Assembly (NCBI RefSeq): GCF_009914755.1
Contig: NC_060926.1
Strand: one strand, 5' to 3'
Source: the human T2T-CHM13v2.0 reference genome, Homo sapiens
DNA: 64,000 nt
Shown here: positions 12,981 to 24,305 of the stretch, piece by piece
Numbering within the stretch: position 1 is the first letter of the stretch
How the letters are laid out: every line of letters begins with the position of its first letter
The notes under the pieces: model-generated
The model's database searches: none
What the model was told of the DNA's origin: nothing
Seen by the model: only the letters and a program-made list of their open reading frames with translations
Program-made: the position numbers and the translations under genes

Positions 12981-14300
12981 ATCCATGAGCACAAAGTCTT
13001 AAGTGACAGAGCTGGGTTCAGTCAGATCCATACTCCTTAAGCCACTGCCTCCTTGTACAGTGCTGCAGAGCCTCTCACATGACTTATATAAGAAATTTGT
13101 TGGGTGGTAACCACAGAGTCACTTCAAAGGGAGCCTACATGAGACCATTCCCCATCATGTGACTATTTGCTGGGAGAACTTGGTATAACTTGCTTCATCA
13201 TTTAGCATTACTCATTTCATTCCTTCTGTTTTCTTGCAGGAATGCCTACCTTAGACTACTTTTTCTAGCAGCAAAGAAGCAAAAAACAAAGTAAAAGGAC
13301 TATAAGAAAAAACTACTGAGATGAATAGAAAACTCATGCAGTATACAATTACTGGCAGATGTTTTCACACTTTCTTTTTTTACAAGCCAACTATTATCTG
13401 TGCTACAAACTGAGTAATTGATTGGGAGACTGGTAAGGCAAATAAACAATCAGTGCTTACACACATGCACACACACATGCATATATATGTATGTGTGTCT
13501 ATATATACACATATGTGTGTGTATGTGTGTAAATATACACACATACACATTTTTATGAAATCTACGTCTGTATATTTTTTAATTTTTAAAAGTATTCCCC
13601 CAAATACTTTCCTAGCAAGTAAGTGTTGGGAGGCAATGCAGACGATGAGCAATACTGCTCCAGGGAACCAGGGACTTGCTCCATGTATACCATCCCTCCA
13701 CTTTCTATCACTTCCACAGGTCCAGTGTGCCTGAGGCAACATTTCTATACAGGCTCTGTTCTATTCTCTTGTTTAGAAATAATGTTTTAGTGTTTTACTG
13801 CATAAGAGAGCCATGTCTTGAGATAGTGCACATGGGACTATTTAGTAAAAGAAAACTGTTAATTTTGTTTAACCCAGCTTTTCCAACATTTACCTTACTA
13901 CTTTATCCTTTCTTCTGTCCTTAATATCCTTAAGAATGCCCATAGGAAAAGCCTACTGTCTTCTCGTCTTCTATCCATGGACTTCTCCATTCCTGTTTCA
14001 TGTTATCTCTTAGTATTTCTCAGCTGGGGATATTAACAGGTTTCATCTCTGTGTCCAGGCCATCGCAGTTCCTACATCCATCATCATAGGTTCAAAAGAG
14101 CCCCAGCTGCTGCTGCTGCACTGCAGCCAGGGCTCAAATCACATCCTGATTCCCCTCATTATCTGGTAAGCGATGAATGAGTCTGTTCTGGCATTGATGG
14201 TGCTTTGTTCACTCTCTCCCCTCTCCTACAGTGTTCTCTCAGTGGTCCGGTGTCCTGCCTTGATTTTTGGTCCTTATACTAGCCTAACTCCAACAGTCTC

Positions 14301-14672
14301 TGATATGGTTTGGCTCTGTGTCTGCACCCAAATCTCTTCTTGTAGCTCCCATAATTACCATGTGTTGTGGGAGGGACTTGGTGGGAGATAATTGAATCAC
14401 AGAGGCAAGTCTTTCCCATGCTATTCTTGTGATAGTGAATAGGTCTCATGGGATCTGATGGTTTTAAGAAAGGGAGTTTCCCTGCACAGGCTCTCCTTTT
14501 GCCTGCTGCCATGCACATAAGATGTGACTTGCTCCTCCTTACCTTTTACCTTCCACCATGGTTGTGAAGCCTCTCCAGCCACGAGTAACTGTAAGTCTGA
14601 TAAACCTCTTTCTTTTGTAAACTGCCCAGTCTCAAGTATGTCTTTATCAACAGTGTGAAAATGAATAATACA
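14301..14672 (+). mobile_element. THE1A/B MaLR solo LTR
   Basis: 'tgatatggtttggctctgtg...agggagtttccctgcacagg...atgaataataca'; TSD gtctc/gtttc. Confidence 0.92.
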
Positions 14673-15100
14673 GTTTCCTTCTTTGGGGCACCAGAACCAG
14701 CTTTTCTCATGTGGTTTCTGCCATACAGTTGCCCTTCTCCTAGTCTCTCTGGAGTTCCACCTTGATCACCATTTAGGACCACCTTTTACTGCACTCGCCT
14801 GATCCATGCTTGAGCTTTGGTGACTCTGGGTCACCCAGAGTCCATCTTCAGGGTCAGACTGGGCAGCTGGCTGGATTCTTTTAGCCCTGTACTGAAGCAA
14901 GATCAGGAGATAATAACAAAGAATTGTATTTTTAGCCAGGACAACTTTCAATCTTTTCTTATCCTTTTCAACCCTATTTTATGCTTGTCCCAGTGTGTTT
15001 GGGAGACCAGAGCGTCTCCCCTTTACTGCAGGAGCTATATGTATGACTCAAGACGAGGTTGGTTCTATGTTATCTGGGCCATTTTTACTTAAGTTGGCCT

Positions 15101-15164
15101 TGCTAGATGCTGCTACATATGACCTGTATGTATGCTAGACGCTGCTTCGTATGACCTGTATGTC
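15101..15164. repeat. 32-bp tandem duplication (2 copies)
   Basis: tgctagatgctgctacatatgacctgtatgta / tgctagacgctgcttcgtatgacctgtatgtc. Confidence 0.9.
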
Positions 15165-15179
15165 ACTGTGATGTTTACA

Positions 15180-15790
15180 GTTCAATATTTGATGTTTCCT
15201 AGCATCACTAGATGTAAGTGCAGTGAGAGACACTGGAGATGGGGAAAAGGATAAGACATAATGCTTACCCTCAATGCCCTTGTCATCCAGCTGGAAAGAT
15301 ATCACATTGTGTAAGGCAATCAGTATTGATATATGAAGCATTGCTATGCTTTAGCCAGCAATATCCACAGTCCATAAGAAGAGGAGTGCTTACTATCTCT
15401 GCTTTGGTTTGAGAAGGCCTCATAGGAGAAGAAAGACCTGAGTAGGGCTTTGAAAATATAGGAAACTAATAAGAAGAAGACTATTTGTTAAGTAACTCTT
15501 TCCAGGGGACTGTTTTGGGCTTTAGAGAGATTTGAAAAATAGAGCAAAATGCTTGGTTTCAGGAACTTCCAGTTTAATTATAGCAATAGAACTAACATAC
15601 AAGTGAATGATAAATGTAATATAAATGCGTAGAACTGATTAGAAGAGTTGCAGAAGCATAAACAAGGAAGATATCCAAGAGGGCTGAAGACTTTGTGAAA
15701 GTACTACTGTGACAGTAGGAATTAAACAGTGTCTTAAAAAAATGGTGGTGTTTGGGTAATGGAGGGGCACCAGGAAGGATGAATAATGGC
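15180..15790 (-). mobile_element. L2 fragments
   Basis: 'gacactggagatggggaaaaggataagacataatgcttaccctcaa' and 'aaaatgcttggtttcaggaacttccagtttaa' L2-like motifs. Confidence 0.5.
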
Positions 15791-15811
15791 CTAAGTAAGA
15801 GAGACTCATAT

Positions 15812-15921
15812 TAGGATGGCCACATGTCTTGGTTGGTCTGGAAGAGTCACTTAATTATTAATAGCACCAACTTTCACTTTCCAATGTGCCTCAGTTTGGA
15901 TGATAAATTAGCTGGTCACTG
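15812..15921. mobile_element. MER94/MER81-like hAT-Blackjack MITE
   Basis: 'taggatggccacatgtcttgg...taattattaatagcacc...gtttggatgataaattagctggtcac'. Confidence 0.7.
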
Positions 15922-16731
15922 ACTTTTGAGGAACTTTTCTATAATCCCTTTCAATGAACATTTCATTAGCGCATCTACTAGAGATCTCTGTCTTCAAATA
16001 TACCTACTGTTTCTTGGTTTCTGTTTCAGTTATTTAAAAAGTTTGCTCATTTGGTGGTATTTCTAATATAACTTTTCGAGTGAAAATGGAATGTACAGCC
16101 TGTGCTATTTGTCTTTGGCCCACAAGACTCTATTACATGCATTATATATCACCTTGTTTCCTTTGGAGGGTGATAGAGCGCAGGAAGCTGGTTTTCTGTG
16201 GTTCTGATTTCATTCTATTTTCCCCTATGGATTTGTTATATTACACAATAGCAGACAGATCCATTTCCATTACTTGGAGTTCTAAACTCCAAAAATGAGC
16301 CTGAAGAAAAAGGTGTTCTTTATAAAAGTGGTTTCCAAAGGTGTTTTTCTCTTGTAAAATACATGTGTTTGTTGCACAGCAAACTTTTGAGCATAGCTGA
16401 CAGATATATATCTGCAAAACATGGCAGAGATTAATGGGGCCCAATAGCTCAAAGGGGTTGATAATTTCTGTGGTGAGTTGAACCCTTTTAGAAATGTACA
16501 ATTTTTACAGTTACAGGAAATCCACAAATTTAATTTCTGTTTCATATTCAAGTGTGTGGTAAGTGGGTAATGATATCTAAGAAAATAGGCAATTATGAAT
16601 TCATGTAGTTCAATTTGGAATATAATGTGTTCTATTCCAAACCTTATGACTTACAGGAAGCAAAAATAATAGGTGTGTTTGCTGGAAGTAAAAGAACAAC
16701 TTTTTCCATATTTAAAAAATACTAAAATTCC

Positions 16732-17035
16732 TTTTTTTTTTTTTTTTGAGACGGAGTCTCACTCTGTCGCCTGGGCTGCAGTGCAGCAGCACGATCCCAG
16801 CTCACTGCAACCTCTGCCTCCCAGGTTCAGAGTTCAAGCAATTCTGCTGCTTCAGCCTCCCGAGTAGCTGGGACTACAGACACACGCCATCACACCCAGC
16901 TAATTTTTTGTATTTTAGTAGAGACAGAGTTACACAGTATTGCCCAGGCTGGTCTTGAACTCCTGAGCTCAGGCAATCTGCCTCCCTTGGCCTCCCAAAG
17001 TGCTAGGATTACAGGCATGAGATACTGCACCCGGC
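16732..17035 (-). mobile_element. AluSc5-like SINE
   Basis: 'tgcccaggctggtcttgaactcctgagctcaggcaatc' diagnostic; TSD actaaaattc on both sides. Confidence 0.93.
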
Positions 17036-17584
17036 AAAAAACTAAAATTCTTATCTTATATGAAAACCCCTGCTCCCAAACGCCAAAAATATCTTTTTTT
17101 TTTTCATATGGTGAGATTCCTACCCAGTTTGATATAAGTAAAACCATTTTTTTCAGACCTAGCTAAGCAAAACAGTTTTATTAATATTATTCTGTCTGGT
17201 TCTCTTTCTCTGTCATTCTGTCTTCTTCCTTATCTGGTAAATTTGGCTGTGGATCTCATGAGTGCTGGCTCCTTCTTGAGATATCTGGCACTCACCCATC
17301 ATTATTTCCACTCCCAGATGGAATCCTGCAAAATCAGCCTTACTTTGACCCTCTGATTTTTAAACCCAGACAAAACCTTCACGTGAAAAAAGAAAAGACA
17401 GAGGCTGGGCAACTTTAAGTGAGAAACATAATTTTGTTTGTAATTTAATGGTAATCTTTAAGTCCTTATGCCAGATGAACTCCAGAAATATTGAGAACTA
17501 ACACTGTATTGGCCCTTCTAAAATTGGTCTTTTGTGAGTTTGGGAAGTGAAAGCAGGAAAAATATTTCAAATCCATAACCTATA

Positions 17585-17799
17585 TCTGTGCTGCCCAACA
17601 TGGTAGCTACTAGCCATGGGTATCTATTTAAATTTAAATTAATAATATTAAATGAAATTAAAAATTAATTTCTTTAGGTACACTAGCCACATTTCAAGTT
17701 TGCAATAGCCACATGTGGCTAGTGGCTACCATATTGGGCAAATAAAAATAAAACACTTTTATTATTGCAGAAAGCAATAATGATTATTGGATATCACTG
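17585..17799. mobile_element. MER3/MER33-like hAT-Charlie element
   Basis: 'ctgcccaacatggtagctactagccat...cactagccacatttcaag...atagccacatgtggctagtggctaccatattgg'. Confidence 0.85.
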
Positions 17800-18252
17800 A
17801 TTTATGATCTTCAATCATAAAAAAGATCATAAACATTTATTAAACATTTTCTCAACTCAAAACATTAAAAAATGTTTTATAAAATTTGTATTATATTCAA
17901 TGTGACTATTACATGTTTACTTAGGAAAAAAATAACATGAACGGTGTAGCCAGAGTGATGATAATTTGGGATAAGAAAACCGGTAGAAAAAAATGCAGAA
18001 ATGTATGTTAGGAAAAATAAGTTTTTCACTACCATCACAGCTTATACTAAGAAAGCTTTAATTTTTTTTTCTGTAAATTCTTTAAATATCCTGTCTCAAG
18101 ATTCTTGAACATTTTTTTTTCGATTTAAGTTAAATTTAAAATGACAAAATTTTAAAGCTGAATGCCTTAGGGAAGTTTCATTACATTTCAATAAAACCAT
18201 ATTATTTATAGTTTTATTGTCTAATAGTCTATTTTAATATATCAAAATACAC

Positions 18253-18670
18253 TGTCTTAGCCCATTTGGGCTGCTGTAAGAGAATGCTAGAGATTGGGGG
18301 ACTTATAAACAACAGAAATTTAGTTCTCACAGTTCTTGAGGCTGGGAAGTCCAAGATCAAGCACCAGCAGATTCGGTGTGTGGTGAGGGCCCACATCTTG
18401 GTTCACAGCCATCTTTGGCTGAGTCCCTATATGGTAGAAGAACCAAGGGAGCTTTCAGAAGTCTTTTTTATAAGGCCACTAATCTCATTCATGAGGGTGG
18501 AGCCCTCATGTCCTCATTACCTACCAAAAGCCCCACTTCTTAATATCATCAAGTACTAAGGGGTTAGAATTCCAATATACGAATTTTAGGGGGATGTTAA
18601 CATTTCATTTATAACATTCCCCGCTGGACTACCAGAATTTACATTATCACATGCAAAGTATCCACCTAAC
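18253..18670 (-). mobile_element. MLT1A-type LTR plus about 55 bp of polypurine-tract-side internal sequence (inverted)
   Basis: 'tgtcttagcccatttgggctgct...ataaca' (18253-18616), then 'ttccccgctggactaccagaatttacattatcacatgcaaagta'. Confidence 0.85.
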
Positions 18671-18936
18671 CTGTAGCATTTTATTATAGCTGCCCAAACA
18701 GTCTAAGATAGAAATTGGTACAGAGAAGTGATTGTGCTTCTGTAACAAATATGTAAAAATGTGAAAATAGCTTTGAAACTGGCTGATGGGTAGAGGCTGG
18801 AAGAGTTTGGAAGTGCATAATAGAGAAACCCTATATTGCTGTGAATAGACCTTTAGAGGAAATTCTGGCGAAGGCTCAGAGATAAAAGTAGAGTTGTGAA
18901 GAAGGCCTGAATCTTCTTAAAGAATACTTAAGTAAT

Positions 18937-19318
18937 TGCCTTAGTCCTGTTCCTATAACATAATACCTGAGACTCAGTGATTTATAAAGAAAAGAGGTTC
19001 ATTTCTCACAGTTCTGGAGGCTGGGAAGTCCAGATTGGGCAGCCACATCTGGTCGGCTTCCTGTCAGGATCATGTGCTGCATCATAACATGGCGGAAGGC
19101 ATCATGGGGCAAGAGGGGTGCACTGAAAGCCAGACTGGCTTTTGTAACAGACTTACTCTCTTGAAAACTAACCCACTCCTGTGGTAACCCATTAATCTAT
19201 TACTCCTGCCCTCATGACCCAATCATCTGTTAAAGGTCTTATCTGTCAACATTGCTGAACTGGGGTTAAAATTTCAACATGAGTTTCAGAGGGGACAAAC
19301 CAGACTCAAACCATAATA
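18937..19318 (-). mobile_element. MSTB/C-type MaLR LTR nested in the MLT1A internal region
   Basis: 'taatacctgagactcagtgatttataaagaaaagagg...catcataacatggcggaaggcatca...atttcaacatgagtttcagagggg'. Confidence 0.85.
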
Positions 19319-20038
19319 ATAGTGATGAACAGAGTGTTGGTACACATAGGGACAGTCATTCTGATGAGTTCTTAATTGAAAAAAAGCATTATTAGAAAGT
19401 GGAAGAATGGAGATTCTTTTTATAAAGTGGCAGAGAAGTTGGTTGAATTGTGTTCATGTTCTAGTGTTTTGTGAAAGTTACAATTTGTGAGTGGTAAAAT
19501 TAGATATTTAGCTGAAGTGATTTCTAAGCAAAGTGTTCAAGGTGCAGCTTAGCTCTTCCTAACTGCTTATGGTAAGATGAGAGAGAAGAGAATTAACTTA
19601 AAGGCAGAATTGCTAAGCAGAAAGGAATTGGAACTTTAAAATTTTGGAAGTTTTTAACCAATTCATATTGCAAAACATGAGAAAGTGTGTCCAGAAAAGA
19701 ACATTAAGGATGTGGCCAATTAACCCATTGATATGGAGACAAGTATGAAGGTGAACCATGGGCCTAATTATTAATCTCAACAGAAACCAGATGCTATTCC
19801 TTAAGACAAGTGATGAATGAGCCCAAAAGTAACTTAGAGATCATCAGGGCTACCTCCTCAGTTTCAAATGGAGGGACCATTGCCTTCCTTTCAACAGACC
19901 AGATGACTTCTGCCCAAAACCAATGAAGGCAGGGCTACTCAAAGCTATGAATGCCCAACTCTAGCCAACAAAGCTGCAGGAACAGGACTGCCACCCTAGT
20001 GTGTCTTAATGGTGGGACCTTCAGCCCAGTGGACCTGA

Positions 20039-20199
20039 AGAAGAACATATCAAGGCACAAAGGATTATTTTTAAGCCTTAGATCTCAAGGAGTTTGCCTT
20101 GTCATTTGGACTTGCTTGGAGAAGAACATATCAAGTCACAAAGGATTATTTTTAAGCCTTCAATCTCATGGAGTCTGCTTGTCGTTTGGACTTACTTGG
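20039..20199. repeat. 81-bp tandem duplication inside the MLT1A internal region
   Basis: 'agaagaacatatcaag(g/t)cacaaaggattatttttaagcctt...tttggactt(g/a)cttgg' at 20039 and 20120. Confidence 0.92.
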
Positions 20200-21374
20200 G
20201 ATCCATTACTTCTTTCTTCTTTCCTGTTTTTCCATTTTGAAAGGATATCTTTAAACTACACCTGTCCCAATATTATATTTTGGATGCACATAACTTGTTT
20301 AGTTTCACAAGTTCACAGCTGAAGAGGAATTTGCCTCAAGCTAAATCATACTTTGAGTCTCACCCATATCTGATGTAGATGATATTTAGATGATATTTAG
20401 ATTACACTTTGGGTTTTTTCTTTATAGTTGATGCTGGAACAAATGCTGCAACTGTTGGGATGTAATTAACATATTTTCCATGTTAGAAAGACATAAATTT
20501 GGAGAGGACAGGGATGGAATGATATAGATTGAATTTTGTGTACTCCCAAAATCTAAATGTTAAAATCTTAATCCCCCAATATGATGATATTTGGAGGTGG
20601 GACCTTTGGTAGTTGATTAGGTTATTTTGACTTCACTGTCATGAATGGGATTAGTATCCTTAGTGTTCATAGGAAGGAGACTCTAGAGAGTGCCCTTAGC
20701 CTTTTGGCTATGTGAAGCCTCAATGAGAAGATGGCCATTTAGATATGAACCAGGAAGTGAGCCTTCCAAAGACACTGAATCTACTGACACCTTCATCTCG
20801 GATTTCCCAGGCTCTAGAACTGTGAGAAATAATTTTCTCTTGTTTATAATCCGTCTGATCTATAGTCCTCTGTTATAACAGCCCAAATGGACTAAGACAT
20901 GCACAAAACTGGAAGAAGTCAGCTGTGAATAAATATAATTTTTGGTCCCTTTTCTGATTTTATGTGTTGCTTCTTGCAGTTGGTCTTTCCTCAGATCATT
21001 TTCTACACATCAAAACTTTTAATCACACCTACTTAGATGAATTTTATAAGTGTAAAGGCAAATGTAATGAAGTGTTTATCTCAGATATTTCTATTCTGAT
21101 GCAAATTATTGTGGCTTATTTTAGTTAACAGTCTGAACATAGTACATATAACACAGAAAAGTCTTATTTATTAAAACAAACCATAATAGAAAATCAAATA
21201 GGTAAGTTGAGATGAAATCACAATGTTTGTTTCATATTCTGTAATAATTTATATACCTTAAATATCATGTGGATGTAATATAACTTAAAGCTATTTTGAA
21301 AAACTTTTTCTGAAATTAACAAATGAATATTAACTTTACTGAATGAAATGTTTATGTTTTCAATGTAAAAATGT

Positions 21375-21950
21375 ATTTATAACAAATATTTATTAAGCTC
21401 TTATGATGAACTCAGAACTATGTTAAATATTGGCAGTAGAACAGTGAATGAGAGAGGCCAGGTCCCTGCTCACTTAGACCTAGTGAACTGCATTTCGGTG
21501 GTGGAAACAGACAATAAACATGTAAAAGTCCCATTTCCTATCACACTAAGTGTGATGAAGAGAAGGAAAGAGTTAATACAATGGTGAATAAGTGGAGTGG
21601 TAGGGACAGCAGTGAATAAAGCAGTCAAGAGAAATTCTCAAAAATTCTGAAAAATAACAGAAAATCTGTTAATGGCAAGATTTGAGATGGAGTAAATAAA
21701 TGTAAGAAACCGTCAGAAAGAATTTTACATGTGCTAATAGTAATGTCTATTCACAGCTTTATCGAAATGCTTTTATGGCTAGCACGTGAAAAGGAAGTAA
21801 AAAAAAAAAGGTCACACTTGAAGACAAGATCCTATTGGCTTTTATTCTATTTATTCAACAACTATTTACTGAGTGTGTATAATATTTCATGCTGTGGACT
21901 AGAGGCTGGAAACACAATGCTGAGAAAAACAGCCCATTCACTTGTCTCTG
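21375..21950 (-). mobile_element. Two L2 3' fragments
   Basis: 'aacaaatatttattaagc...ggtccctgctcac' and 'ttcaacaactatttactgagtgtgtat...ctagaggctggaaacacaatg'. Confidence 0.65.
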
Positions 21951-23006
21951 AGAGCAGCTTTTGAGAATTACTGACCCTCAGGAATGAAGAATGTGGTTCC
22001 ATGAGAAATATCATTGAAAATAAAGCAGTCAGATTTTCAAAACAAACACACGCACAAATAACAAAAGTGAGATAGAGAGAGAAAAGAAGTCTTAAAATTA
22101 TATGACAGTCAAAGGTCTTCCTTTTTGGTTTGACATTTTAGTTTCATCACCTGCTCCCAGAATATCTATGATTGGAAGTACCATATTTATAGCTCCAAGA
22201 TGAAAAATTAAAAAAAGTCTTCTCTTTAATTAAACGTTTGCAAAAAATATGAATGGTCACTAAAACAGGAGATATGGCCAAACACGGATTTTGCTTTCAT
22301 TCATCATTCCTCCACCTGCTCTTTAAAGATTATAGTTTGTTTCCCACTAATTGTATCGGGCATGGATTTGGCAAGCTTATCTGCGAGACTCTCTCTGTTG
22401 TGGTCTAGGTCAGCTTCACCCCATGGGAGAAAAGAAGGATCTGGTTCATCGAATCAAAGACCTAAAAAAGTCAGGGAGGAAGTTTTCCTATAATCTTAAA
22501 GTTTGTTTTGTAAACAAGTCCTCTTTAATCAGGGCTTTCAAGCTATTCTGTCACTTCAAAGTCCTTTCAAACCAGCCCCAAGTCACATTTTTGGTGCACA
22601 GACCAAAAAATAGGCCTGGCAAAAGCAGCCATCATTACCACTCATCATGCTGGTTAGTCTTTTTTAAAAGTCTAAGAAGCTACAGCAAGTTCACTGAACA
22701 ATTATTAAGAACAAGTTTTAAGAAGAAAATTAATCTAATCAATTTATTTGGAGATCTACCTTTACAAAGCAACAGGGGACAGGACTCTATGCTGTAAAGA
22801 GAGATGCAAAATGAACAACAAGTGGTGTTTCTACTCAGAAAATCTGCAATTTCTCCAAGTAGTGCAAAAGCCCAGGAGATCAGAGACTGAGGATGAGAGC
22901 TCTTGGTATTTATAGTAAAACAAAGGGTTCCCATTCCCAGAGAATGCGACGCCATCCAATTCCATGTCTAATCTACTGAGCCAGTAGAGGTAGGCTTTTA
23001 AATTAT

Positions 23007-23178
23007 CTTGTGTAAAATAAAATGTCCATCATGACAATAGCAATGGATTCTGATATATGGTATTTTGTGTGCCAGGTACTTGTCTAAGCGCTTTACATAT
23101 GTAGCATTTTTAATCCTCACGGTATTGCTACCCTTATTATAATTCTCTTTGTCCTGAAGGGGAAACTGAAGCAAAGAG
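23007..23178 (+). repeat. 172-bp segment (unique flank plus MIR part) duplicated at 27976-28147
   Basis: Direct alignment by eye: 12 substitutions in 172 nt. Confidence 0.95.
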
Positions 23179-23255
23179 TTTCAATGCCTGCAGGATTGCA
23201 CAGCAGGTGGGCAGTAGATTTAACTCTGCTTCTTGGTGACCATTCTCTTAACTTC
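23030..23255 (-). mobile_element. MIR SINE
   Basis: 'tgtgccaggtacttgtctaagcgctttacatat...taatcctcac...ggggaaactgaagcaaagag'. Confidence 0.8.
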
Positions 23256-23814
23256 AAGCCAAATTGCATTTCACAGAGGAGTGTTGAAGAAGCAAACTCT
23301 TCATAAAGAAGGCATGTCTTGAATGAATATTTATTTATTTATTATATCACGTCATGCATTCAGTCATTATTGAACTGAGTACCTAATATTGCTGTAGAGC
23401 CTTCCACAATGTGTCTCTTGCCTAAAACAAACAAATAAAAATGATGGCAAAGATCTATACAAGTGAAAGTATGCAATGATTGCCCACAATTCTCTGCATG
23501 GATATGGATGAGGAGGCATGGTTGTCAAAATGTCAATTTCCAAAGTAGCCTCTGAGTCAGCAGAAAGCAAGGACTTTGTTTTCCAAGGTGTCCATCTCTG
23601 AAGCATTTTGCAAGGTTCTCATGAGCTAAACATGCATTTCCTAAAGAAAAAACAATGCCAACTTGGAACTCTTTAAAAATGAAAGACCTAAATGAACACA
23701 ATTTACATACATGTGAGTTGGAATGTGGAATTCATGCACTCTAAGAGAGTGGTTCCTCTGTAAGGACAGAAATGCATTGGCACCATTATGAGCTGAAACC
23801 AGAGAACAATCCCA

Positions 23815-24305
23815 AGCATATTGGTTTCCTGTGGTCACTCCAACAAATTTCCACAAACTGGGTGGCTTAAAACAAGAGAATTTTTTTTATCTCACTGTTC
23901 TAAAGGCCAGAAGTCCAAATTCAGAGTGTTAGCAGAGCCAAGCTCCCTGTGGAGTCCCTAGAGGATCCATTCCTGACCTCTTCCAGCTTCTAGTGGTTGC
24001 TGGCATTCTGTGTCTTGTGGTCGCATCACTTTAATCTCTGCCTCTGTGATCACAATGCCTCCTCCCCTTCTGTTTGTGTCATCTCCTTTTCTGTCTGTCT
24101 CAAATCTCCTTCTGACTTTTTCTTATAAGGACACTTTTAATTTAAATAAGGACCACTCACATGATCAAGAATGATCTCCTCATCTCAAGATCCTTAATTT
24201 AATTACTCTTACAAAGACTCTTTTTCCAAATCAAGGTAACATTAGCCCGTTTCAGGAATGAGGAGTGAACCTATGTTTTTGGGGGTCACTCTTCTATCCA
24301 CTATG
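23815..24305 (-). mobile_element. MLT1C-type MaLR LTR
   Basis: 'ccacaaactgggtggcttaaaacaa...ggccagaagtccaaa...ttccagcttctagtggttgctggcattc'. Confidence 0.85.

Larger units (their letters stand above)
18671..20899 (+). mobile_element. MLT1A-type MaLR element: last 40 bp of 5' LTR, internal region and complete 3' LTR
   Basis: 'ttatagctgcccaaacagtctaagata|gaaattggtacagagaagtg...ctttgaaactggctgatgggtagaggctggaagagtttgg' internal start; PPT 'ggagaggacagggatggaa' then LTR 20520-20899 ending 'ggactaagaca'. Confidence 0.88.

Noticed and set aside
22351-22797. 148-aa ORF in unique sequence
   Set aside because: It has a non-ATG start, no recognisable motif and no convincing splice context; the length is within chance for 64 kb.
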